A stretch of 64,000 nucleotides of DNA, taken from the NCBI GenBank assembly GCA_963714975.1, contig CAVQQD010000001.1, positions 320,001-384,000 of the forward strand. The letters are read 5' to 3'. The DNA is from an uncultured Gammaproteobacteria bacterium. GTDB taxonomy: Bacteria > Pseudomonadota > Gammaproteobacteria > JAURND01. Made by a program: the position numbers and the translations under genes. A model generated the notes under the pieces. It saw nothing but the letters and a program-made list of their open reading frames with translations. It did not search any database and was not told where the DNA came from. Each line of letters starts with the position of its first letter. Position 1 is the stretch's first letter. Shown here in pieces: positions 50,172 through 58,765 of this stretch.

Positions 50172-50515
50172 ATGTCACCTTTTGATAATAATTTTGCTGC
50201 TTGCAAGCGGAACTTGATGAGCGCTATATCCTCTTTGGGAGTTTTAATCCCACTTTTTGATTTTTTTTGAAAAACATGCAAGACATAAATTTTATTTCCT
50301 AATTTTGTTGCATAGACAGCCCGGTAAGTATTTTTATCCCAATTCGCAATAATTTCTATAACCCCTGAAAATCCTTTTAAGGGTTTGGCTCCTTCAGGAA
50401 AATACCCCAACTGGGCCTGATATAACGAATATCCTACATTGTCCTGAATTTCTAAGGGCAATGCTTTTAAATCTGATCTAGAGGATCCCATCCATATTAA
50501 TGATTTTAAGGCCAT
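50168..50515 (-). CDS. RelE/HigB-like toxin
   Basis: W.GSS..DLK, YRAVY, IYVLHVFQKKSK.GIKTP. Confidence 0.85.
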   Translation of the reverse strand: MALKSLIWMGSSRSDLKALPLEIQDNVGYSLYQAQLGYFPEGAKPLKGFSGVIEIIANWDKNTYRAVYATKLGNKIYVLHVFQKKSKSGIKTPKEDIALIKFRLQAAKLLSKGDI

Positions 50516-50616
50516 ATTTACCTCATATTTTTATTATAAACCAAATTTAACGAATATTCCAGTTTTAGAATAATACAACTTTGCCGTAATATTATCTACA
50601 TTGAAAAGCCATATTG

Positions 50617-50844
50617 TTATGCCTGCGAGCCATTTTGTTTTATTCCCGCTGCCGTCAGCATAGCATTTGTCGCTTTTTCAACAGAAGCTCGCACAGGGTC
50701 GAGATCCAATCGTGCATAAATAGCAGTTGTTTGGGGCGACTTATGATTTAAAGATTTTCCAATAATAGTGAGAGAAGCGCCTGTACGCGCTTGCCAGCTT
50801 CCTAGGGTACGTCTTAGATCATGTATTCGTAGATCAGCGACATT
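50617..50844 (-). pseudogene. Tyrosine recombinase/integrase C-terminal fragment
   Basis: Manual translation DLRIHDLRRTLGSWQA..IIGKSLNHKSPQTTAIYA (HxxR, H and Y catalytic residues). Confidence 0.85.
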
Positions 50845-51003
50845 GTCGCGACATGCAAATTATAAAACAGAAGTGTGTTCAATTTTGTGACTGATGCCAT
50901 CCAGGCGCATTTCTCCGGAACAAAATTTCCTTCTTTGTTGCCCGTTGTCAGCGAAAATGTGGTTTTGAAGGCGGCTTAAAGCAATAGGTAGGTGAACGGT
51001 TAC
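50843..51003 (+). mobile_element. IS66 right-end fragment (second copy)
   Basis: Near-identical reverse complement of 47978-48138. Confidence 0.9.
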
Positions 51004-51018
51004 GATTTTGGTTGATAT

Positions 51019-51102
51019 CTCTGCACTAGACAAAAATTAAACGTGCCCGATTGCGGGCACGGGCACGCAATCGGGCACGTTTAATTTTTGTCTAGTGCAG
51101 AA
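51019..51102. mobile_element. Hairpin MITE, 36-bp perfect arms, 10-bp direct-repeat flanks
   Basis: Arms 51020-51055 and 51066-51101; TGGTTGATAT at 51009-51018 and 51103-51112. Confidence 0.8.
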
Positions 51103-51165
51103 TGGTTGATATATTTTGCAAATATTACTAAAATTTGTCAGGTATACTAACCAAGGTGACTGATT

Positions 51166-52470
51166 GTGCGCATCGATATTCTCTTAAAATGGAACCGCTG
51201 GGGGACGAACCCCCTGCCAAGTGGTCGGCGGCGCCAGATGACCGCGGCTTTAATTCCATTCCTACACACAGACGATGTTATCACGCTCACCGGCCTGCGG
51301 CGTGTCGGCAAGTCTACTGTTTTATACCAAATTATGGATTTACTAGCAGCTGACGGTATTCCCCCCAAAGCAATGCTGCATGTGAATTTCGAAGAACCTG
51401 CATTAGCACCCCACCTCAACTTAGAGCTATTAGATACACTCTATAACCTTTTTCGCTCCCAAGTTTATCCTCAAGGTCGGACGTATCTCTTTTTAGATGA
51501 AATTCAAAATGTTCCGGAATGGGAACGCTGGGTACGAGCTAGAAATGAAACCGAGAACCTTAAAATTTTTATCACAGGTTCTTCCTCTAAACTGATGTCC
51601 CCAGAACTGGCGTCGTTATTGACTGGGCGACATATTAATTTCAAGGTTCACCCGTTAAACTTGAGTGAATTACTCGAATTTTCAGCAGTCGAAATTCCGT
51701 CTACGCCCTGGCCCATTGTTGCACCACCCCCCATTGCTCATGCTATCCACTTTTACCTGCGGTGGGGAAGTTTACCTCGCATTGTGTTAGCGGAAAGCGA
51801 TATCCGACGAGAGCGAATCCTCGCTCAGTATTTTGATGATATTGTGCTAAAAGATATCGCTATCCGCCATGATATTCGCGATCTAGCCACTTTGCGTGCT
51901 TTGGCAGTGCATCTGCTAACTCATACTGGATCACTGGTTAGCTTTAATCGTCTTGGCAAATTATTTGGGGTATCTACTATGCTGGCCAAAGATTATTGCC
52001 ACTACGTGCAGGAAGCATTGTTGCTAGAGTTAATGCCATTCTTTAGTTTGAAAGTAGCCGAGCGGCAACGCAATCCGCAAAAATTATATGCAGCAGATCT
52101 AGGCTTGCGCAATCAGGTTAGCTTGTCATTATCTGCGGATTTAGGCAAATCAATAGAATCTCTAGTATTCAACGCCCTAAAACAGCAAGAACAGCATCAG
52201 GTTTTTTATTGGAAAAATCGCGGTGAAATTGATTTTGTACTTCGCAAAGGAAATACTATCACCCACCTAATCCAAGTGGTGGCTGAAGGTTTAAAAGATC
52301 CTGCCATTTTAAAACGCGAGCGTGCAGCCCTAGAAGAAGGGCTAAAGGTCTTCCCTCAGGCTCGGCCCATAATAATTTTAGGACAGGGAGAGATTTCTGA
52401 TAACTTGCCAGACCTGGGTCTGATTCAAATCCTGCCGTTGTGGCAATTCTTGTTGCTGGAAAAGTTGTAG
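51166..52470 (+). CDS. AAA_14/DUF4143 ATP-binding protein
   Basis: GLRRVGKS, FLDEIQ, ITGSSS, KLYAADLG, EIDF. Confidence 0.88.
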   Translation: MRIDILLKWNRWGTNPLPSGRRRQMTAALIPFLHTDDVITLTGLRRVGKSTVLYQIMDLLAADGIPPKAMLHVNFEEPALAPHLNLELLDTLYNLFRSQVYPQGRTYLFLDEIQNVPEWERWVRARNETENLKIFITGSSSKLMSPELASLLTGRHINFKVHPLNLSELLEFSAVEIPSTPWPIVAPPPIAHAIHFYLRWGSLPRIVLAESDIRRERILAQYFDDIVLKDIAIRHDIRDLATLRALAVHLLTHTGSLVSFNRLGKLFGVSTMLAKDYCHYVQEALLLELMPFFSLKVAERQRNPQKLYAADLGLRNQVSLSLSADLGKSIESLVFNALKQQEQHQVFYWKNRGEIDFVLRKGNTITHLIQVVAEGLKDPAILKRERAALEEGLKVFPQARPIIILGQGEISDNLPDLGLIQILPLWQFLLLEKL

Positions 52471-52555
52471 TAAGGTGCTGCTGAAAGCCATTTCAAGTTC
52501 CCTCTCTCCAAATCCCACCTACCCCCCCCTTTTTTTCGAAAACATCAGACCTTGT

Positions 52556-53428
52556 TCAAGGCGAGCTTCGGGTTACAAAGATGCGTACGTTCTGACAAAA
52601 AGATTCCTGAGAATCATACTGTGCCGCAAATTTTTGGGCTATCCAAGCGAGTATCGCCACTCCTACTAGAACGCAGGCAAAAATTCCCGTACCAGTCGAT
52701 AAGTTATTAGAAAAAATATCGCCGAAAGAAGGGTTGCTTCTTCCGTGAATTAAATCCGCAAGATCTCCAGAAGGTTTCATAAAATCAGCGAATGCTTCGG
52801 GTTGCATTTTACTTAATGTCGCAAAAACAGCCACCGCTTCGACTGCGCAACCAATGCCAAAATATTTCCAATAACTTGGGTGGTTTACTTGTTGCTGTGG
52901 TTCAGATGGTTGCACGGGAACCGCAGGCTGTAACCATTGCTCAGCCACATTACCGCAGTCCGTGCTTAAGGTCTGCAAGGGTCTTTTTATACCCGGATAT
53001 TTCTGGAGCAACCCGTCGCAGACTCTCCCGATAACGCCATTAAGCTCGGTTTCAGATAGTTTTTTGATGGTAAAACTAGCAGCCTCCTGACCCTGCTTAG
53101 GGAAGCTGGTGCATACTTGGAAGCATCGTTCTAAGTTAGGAAGGATCTTGGTACAAAAAACACCCGCTCCTTCTTTCTGCCCCGTTATTTTTTCCTCTTG
53201 TCCATTTTTTTCTTGTCCTTCGTTTCGTAGACTTTGCAACAAAGCACGTGCTATTCGCCTCTCTGGATTTGTTAGGGCTGCATGCTGCGTTACCCCATTC
53301 AGAAACTTACCGATTCCATCAGGAAGATCTATTTGAGTTCCCTTTTGTATTGCCAAGTACACCTGGTATATGCTGCCAACAAATTTTTGCTTATCAGCCA
53401 AGGTAGGATTGTTGGATTGGGTAGCCAT
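52556..53428 (-). CDS. Orphan two-TM protein, paralogue A
   Basis: C-terminal module shared with 54510-55437. Confidence 0.75.
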   Translation of the reverse strand: MATQSNNPTLADKQKFVGSIYQVYLAIQKGTQIDLPDGIGKFLNGVTQHAALTNPERRIARALLQSLRNEGQEKNGQEEKITGQKEGAGVFCTKILPNLERCFQVCTSFPKQGQEAASFTIKKLSETELNGVIGRVCDGLLQKYPGIKRPLQTLSTDCGNVAEQWLQPAVPVQPSEPQQQVNHPSYWKYFGIGCAVEAVAVFATLSKMQPEAFADFMKPSGDLADLIHGRSNPSFGDIFSNNLSTGTGIFACVLVGVAILAWIAQKFAAQYDSQESFCQNVRIFVTRSSP

Positions 53429-53519
53429 TAGTTAAAACCTCACAAATTTTTTTAAATGGAAACATGCTGTCTTTGCCTGAATGGCTAGGATGACGGCATG
53501 AGTAATTGTAATTAATAAC

Positions 53520-53552
53520 AGGATACCAAATGAATCTGAAGGGAATATTAAC
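53520..53552 (-). promoter_or_regulatory. PmrA-like box plus -10
   Basis: GTTAATATT-CC-CTTCAGATT-N7-TATCCT. Confidence 0.6.
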
Positions 53553-53640
53553 AGAGAGGACTTGCGGCATTGTCCTGGCGCTGACGCTCAGGCGGGGGAG
53601 AGGGGACTTGAAAATATGTGCATACCTTAGGCCTACGGGA

Positions 53641-54436
53641 TTATACTGCAATTGGGGCCTTAATCGTGGGATGAAATTGATAATCCACAAATTCAAAGTC
53701 TTTTTCCTGATGTTCCGCAATGTCAGTAGGCTGGTGGTGGATAACTAACCGCGGTAGTGGGTGAGGAGTACGGCTAAGCTGCAAGTCGACTTGCTCGAGA
53801 TGGTTGCTATAAATATGACAATCTCCCCCTGACCAAATAAAATCACCCACTTTTAAGCCACATTGCTTGGCGATAATATGCGTTAATAACGCATAAGAGG
53901 CAATATTGAAGGGTACGCCTAAAAAAGCATCGGCCGAACGCTGAGTAAGTTTGCAGGATAATTGATGATTCGCGACATAAAATTGAAACAGCAAATGGCA
54001 AGGAGGCAGGGCCATTTTAGCTAATTCTCCCACATTCCAGGCACTGACAATTAAGCGCCGCGAATCAGGATTACGTTGGATTTCCGTGATCACGTCTTGG
54101 ATTTGGTCAATCACCCGACCATCGGTAGTCGGCCAGGCACGCCATTGCTTGCCATAAACCGGGCCCAAGCTCGCCATTTTCATCCGCCCACTCATTCCAA
54201 ATCGTCACGCCCTGTTGCTGCAAGGAGCGCACATTGGTTTCGCCGCGCAAAAACCACAGTAATTCCTGCACCATACTTTTTAAATGTAAGCGCTTCGTCG
54301 TCACCAACGGGAACCCCGCCGCTAAAGGAAAACGCATCTCGTAGCCAAAAACGCTTAAGGTTCCAGTGCCGGTGCGATCGGATTTAAACACGCCCTGGGT
54401 GCGAATGTGACGCAAAAAGTCTAAGTAAGTTTTCAT
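53641..54436 (-). pseudogene. thyA: Thymidylate synthase with a +1 frameshift near 54163 (possible assembly error)
   Basis: DRTGTGT..ELLWFL in one frame; [27 protein letters not shown] in the other. Confidence 0.9.
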
Positions 54437-54509
54437 TGTGTGTCCCTTTCGTGATCCCATCCAACGGGAGAGAAGGGATAATAACCTCAAAATCCTGCGT
54501 AAGAAAGCA

Positions 54510-55437
54510 TCAGGAGGTCGAGGGCCCAACAAAAAAGTTGCGCACATTATCACACACGGAGTTATCAGGATCACGGTTTGCAGCATACCTTTGGGCTGCC
54601 CAAGTGAGCAGCACTATTCCCACTAGAACGGTAGCGAAAATTCCCGTGCCAGTAGTCAGGTTGTTACTAAAAATATCGCCGAAAGAAGGATCGCCTCTCC
54701 CATGAATTAAATCCGCAAGATCTCCAGAAGGTTTCATGAAATCAACAAATGCGTCGGGTTGCATTTTTCTTAATGTCGCAAAAACAGCCACTAATTCGAG
54801 GGCAAACCCAAAACCAAAAAACCATTTCCAATAACTAATGGGTTTTGCTTCTGCTGGCTCCAAAGTTACTGAGAAATCAACTGTAAACTGCTTTCTTTTA
54901 TATGGGCCCTTAGTCGATTCCAATGATGTGTTATCCGCTGCTTTCGATTCACTAGGCGGCGTCGGCATCTTATCGCACCATTGATTTAATTTATCCAAGC
55001 TGTTATTTATGCCTTGCTGATGAAACAATTTATATATTATTGTTATAACAGCATTAAGCTGATTCTCTGGTACTGCCGCTGGGAGTGGTTGCGTTCGTTT
55101 GGCAAAGCATTGATGCAGAGCCTGAGAGATGAACCCACAAAGCTCGCTTGCAGTTCTTTTCTGGCCATTCGCATCGTATTTGCCCTGTTTTTCTCGTACA
55201 GCTTCTAAAATTTGCCGTGTTACCTCTCTCACTTCCTTCGCGGTGAAACGATTCCCTGCTACTATCGTTGCCAGGGGGGGGGGTTGCTTCAGTGTTTAGT
55301 AAGCACTCGATGGTGCCTGCCTGATGATATGTTGTATTGCTTCCATTGGTCAAAACTAGGGAAACTTGCCGCATGATGTCAACAAATTTTCGTTTATCCT
55401 TGACATTATCTAAGGGACTTTTCTTTTGAGTACTCAT
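54510..55437 (-). pseudogene. Orphan two-TM protein, paralogue B, split at a C10 tract
   Basis: Removing one C from the run at 55274-55283 fuses the two ORFs; both halves align with paralogue A. Confidence 0.7.
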
Positions 55438-55469
55438 TAGTTAAAACCTCAGTCATTGTAATTAAAAGC

Positions 55470-55502
55470 AGGATAGCGCATGAAACTGAAGGGAATATTA
55501 AG
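55470..55502 (-). promoter_or_regulatory. PmrA-like box plus -10 (overlaps the recN stop)
   Basis: CTTAATATT-CC-CTTCAGTTT-N7-TATCCT. Confidence 0.65.
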
Positions 55503-57162
55503 CAATACCCCTTCTCCCCAAATTACACATCTCTGCCGCATGGGCTAAAGTCATCGCGGTGATTTGCGCACCACCTAACATGCGGGCAATTTCCTGCACT
55601 TTTTCCGCTGCGTCTAAGGCTTTAAGCACGATCTCAGTGAGCTTATTGCCTGCCTGTTTATGCACTTGCAAATGCTGCGTCCCTTGGGCAGCCACTTGGG
55701 GCAAATGGGTAATACAAAATACTTGGGCACTTTGTGCTAATGTTCTCAGTTGTTGGCCAACAATCTCAGCGATCTTGCCACCCACCCCAACATCCACTTC
55801 ATCAAAAATGAGCGTTGCCGAAGACAAGACTCGGGCGGTGATCACCTGAATGGCCAAAGAAATGCGTGAAAGCTCCCCACCCGAGGCTACTTTAGCCAGC
55901 GGTTGCAAGGGCTGACCCAAATTAGCAGTCACCCAAAATTCAATCCGCTCCTTGCCCTGCCCATGAATCTGGTCTTCACGTGCCAATAACTGAATCTGAA
56001 ATTGACCATTGACCATCCCTAATTGCTGCATCTCAGCCGTCACCAGTAGACTCAGTTGTTGGGCGGCTTGTTCCCGACTGGCGGATAATTGCTGAGCCAC
56101 TAAAAAGTACTGTGCTGCACATTCCGCCTGACGCTGTTGCAAAGCGGCTATGCGCTCCTGGCGGCTGGTTAACTGCTGGAATTCTGCCTGTAGCGCTGGT
56201 AATTTAGTCGTTAACTCCTGGGGTAGCACCCGATATTTGCGCGCCAAATCATAAATTTTGCTCAAACGCTGGTCTAATTGCTGCAAGCGCTCGGGATCTA
56301 TTTCTAAATTCTGCAGCCAGTGACGTATCTCAGTTGCCGCCTCGCTTACTTGAATAATGGCTTGATTTAATAAATCTCCAGCGGATCCTGCCGGCAGATG
56401 CTTTAACTGGGCACAAGCCTCATGTAAGCCCGGCAAAATCGCTGTGTCTTCATCTTCCACCAACAAAGTAAGCACTGTACGCCCAGCCGTGATCCAGCGC
56501 TCGGCATGGCTGAGTTGTTGATGCTCGGCCTCCAGCTGAGCTACCTCACCGGCCTGTAGATTTAATGCTGAGAGTTCTTGGATTTGAAAGCTCAGCAATT
56601 GTTCTTGGGCACTTTGATTGCTATCCGATCCCTGCAAAGTGCTTAATTCCTGACTAACGGCTTGCCAGGCATGGAAAGCCCCGCTGACTGCCGCGGTCAA
56701 ATTAAGGTGTTGAGCAAATTGATCGAGTAATTGCGTTTGATAAGGGCTTTTTAGCAATAAAGAATGTTGGTTTTGCCCATGTACTTGGACGAATAAACTG
56801 CCAAGCTGCCGCACTTGGCTGAGAGAACAGGGCGCCCCGTTAATGCTAAGTCGGGAGCGACCATCGCGATGCAAAGTGCGCCGAATCAGGCACTCACCCT
56901 CTTGCTCTAAATCTTGTTCAGCAAACCATTGCTGCAGCTCAGGCTGTTGATCGAGGGAAAATGTTGCAGCAAGTTCACAGCGATCATGCCCAACTTGAAT
57001 CACGCTGCTATCGGCACGTGCCCCTAACACCATTTCCAAAGCATCAAAAATAATCGACTTGCCAGCGCCAGTCTCTCCGGTAATGACGGTTAATCCAGCG
57101 GCGAACTCTAAATCTAGTTCAGTAATCAGAGTGAAATGTTTGATGTGTAAATATTTCAGCAT
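55498..57162 (-). CDS. recN: DNA repair protein RecN
   Basis: TGETGAGKS, ASGGELSR, FDEVD, ITHLPQVAA. Confidence 0.96.
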   Translation of the reverse strand: MLKYLHIKHFTLITELDLEFAAGLTVITGETGAGKSIIFDALEMVLGARADSSVIQVGHDRCELAATFSLDQQPELQQWFAEQDLEQEGECLIRRTLHRDGRSRLSINGAPCSLSQVRQLGSLFVQVHGQNQHSLLLKSPYQTQLLDQFAQHLNLTAAVSGAFHAWQAVSQELSTLQGSDSNQSAQEQLLSFQIQELSALNLQAGEVAQLEAEHQQLSHAERWITAGRTVLTLLVEDEDTAILPGLHEACAQLKHLPAGSAGDLLNQAIIQVSEAATEIRHWLQNLEIDPERLQQLDQRLSKIYDLARKYRVLPQELTTKLPALQAEFQQLTSRQERIAALQQRQAECAAQYFLVAQQLSASREQAAQQLSLLVTAEMQQLGMVNGQFQIQLLAREDQIHGQGKERIEFWVTANLGQPLQPLAKVASGGELSRISLAIQVITARVLSSATLIFDEVDVGVGGKIAEIVGQQLRTLAQSAQVFCITHLPQVAAQGTQHLQVHKQAGNKLTEIVLKALDAAEKVQEIARMLGGAQITAMTLAHAAEMCNLGRRGIA

Positions 57163-57170
57163 TAGAACCC

Positions 57171-58049
57171 TTAGCTCTGCCAACGTAATTTAGCACGTAA
57201 AGTTTCGAAGTAACTGTAATCTTGCGGATGAATCAAACGCAGCAGTTGCGCCACTTTGTGAATCAGCACAGTATCTCCTAGCTGGACGCTAATGCGTTTT
57301 TTGCCATCCGCACTAATTTGGGGGGTGCTTTCGTTATTTTCACTGATGTGAATGGTAATCTTACTATCGGCACTCACCACAATCGGGCGATTACTTAAGG
57401 TGTGAGGAAACATCGGCACCAGGACCACGGCATTAAGTCCAGGATGCAAAATGGGCCCACCACCGGAAAGCGCATAAGCTGTGGATCCCGTTGGGGTGGA
57501 AATAATTAGCCCATCGGCACGAAAATCACAGACAAATCGTTCATCCACCCAAACCATAAACTCAATCATATGTGCTACATCCCCAGGGGATAACACCACT
57601 TCATTGAGCGCCTCAACGGTTGCTACAGTAGTTTTTTGGTGCTGGATATAGGCGGTTAACAAAAAGCGCTGCTCTTCTAAATAATTACCCCGCAGCACAG
57701 CAAGGATTTTGTGAAATTCGTGGGGATAAATGTCGGTTAAAAATCCCAAGCGCCCGCGATTGACGCCTAAAACTGGCAAGGACTGGGGAACGGCAATTTT
57801 AGCAGCTTGCAGAATGCTGCCATCGCCCCCTACTACAATAATCAAATCAGCTGCCTCGTGCAGGCGATCACTACCAATACCTGCGCTTACGGAAGCGATG
57901 CTAAGCCGATTTAACGTTTCCTGCTCAAATACCACTACATAGTCATGTTGCGTGAGATACGCATACAATGCTAATAAAGTTTCTTCAATATGATTATTCC
58001 GCGATCGCCCCATTAAGGCAATCCGCTTAAACTCCTGGTTTGGCATCAT
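57171..58049 (-). CDS. nadK: NAD kinase
   Basis: GGDG, GRLGFL, STPTGSTAYALSGGGP. Confidence 0.96.
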   Translation of the reverse strand: MMPNQEFKRIALMGRSRNNHIEETLLALYAYLTQHDYVVVFEQETLNRLSIASVSAGIGSDRLHEAADLIIVVGGDGSILQAAKIAVPQSLPVLGVNRGRLGFLTDIYPHEFHKILAVLRGNYLEEQRFLLTAYIQHQKTTVATVEALNEVVLSPGDVAHMIEFMVWVDERFVCDFRADGLIISTPTGSTAYALSGGGPILHPGLNAVVLVPMFPHTLSNRPIVVSADSKITIHISENNESTPQISADGKKRISVQLGDTVLIHKVAQLLRLIHPQDYSYFETLRAKLRWQS

Positions 58050-58078
58050 ATTTTTTCCGTTTCACGCCGAACATTTTA

Positions 58079-58211
58079 GAGGAATTCCCGCTGAAACCTC
58101 AAGCCCGACGGGTCCTGCCGCGTGGGCAACCCGCCGTGCTCGCACGCTGCGCGCGGCGTTGTTGCCCTGCGCGTCACCCGTCGGTTAATTACTACGGAGC
58201 GGGAATTGCTG
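58079..58211. mobile_element. GC-rich MITE-like element family C with near-perfect 9-bp TSD
   Basis: GAGGAATTCCCGCT...AGCGGGAATTGCTG flanked by AACATTTTA / AACATTCTA. Confidence 0.75.
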
Positions 58212-58293
58212 AACATTCTACCTCAATCTTGCGCTGATAGGCTAATACCTGGTATTTTGGATCTCAGACTTAATGGGAGAGCCGAGGTATAAA

Positions 58294-58734
58294 ATGACCA
58301 GCAAAAATCGCCAATACGAAAAAGATTTTTACCAATGGTCGTTGTATACTGCGGCCTTGATTCGACAAGGAGAGTTTGCAAAGGTGGACATTGAACATGT
58401 GGCAGAGGAACTCGAAAGTATGGGCCGAAGTGACAAACGTGAACTGATTAACCGGTTTGCTTTGTTAATGGCGCATTTATTGAAGTGGCAATTTCAGCCA
58501 GAAAAACGCAGCAATAGTTGGAAATCCACGATCAAAGAGCAACGCCTCAAAATAGCCGATCTCTTGGAAGAAAGTCCGAGTTTAAAACACGAAATCGCTC
58601 CGAAACTGAATCATGCATACCAACAAGCTATGTTGATTGCAGTCAGAGAAACGGGATTGGCAGAAACGCAGTTTCCTAAAAGTAACCCTTTTACTATCAA
58701 CAAGTGTCTCGATCAAAAATATTTTCCGAAATAG
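58294..58734 (+). CDS. DUF29 family protein
   Basis: YEKDFYQW, EELESMGRS, HLLKWQFQP, SW..TI.EQR, SPSLK. Confidence 0.9.
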   Translation: MTSKNRQYEKDFYQWSLYTAALIRQGEFAKVDIEHVAEELESMGRSDKRELINRFALLMAHLLKWQFQPEKRSNSWKSTIKEQRLKIADLLEESPSLKHEIAPKLNHAYQQAMLIAVRETGLAETQFPKSNPFTINKCLDQKYFPK

Positions 58735-58765
58735 CATACCACTCCAGAAATATGTTAAAAATATC

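Larger units (their letters stand above)
47978..51003. mobile_element. Non-autonomous composite element bounded by two inverted IS66 right ends, 8-bp TSD
   Basis: GTAACCGTTCACCTACCTATTGC at 47978 and its reverse complement ending at 51003; GATTTTGG at 47970-47977 and 51004-51011. Confidence 0.85.

Noticed and set aside
50617-50844. Integron or prophage integrase
   Set aside because: Only a C-terminal stump; no attC-like cassettes or phage genes visible.
52556-55437. Diversity-generating retroelement template/variable repeat pair
   Set aside because: No reverse transcriptase in the window, and the differences are not confined to adenines.
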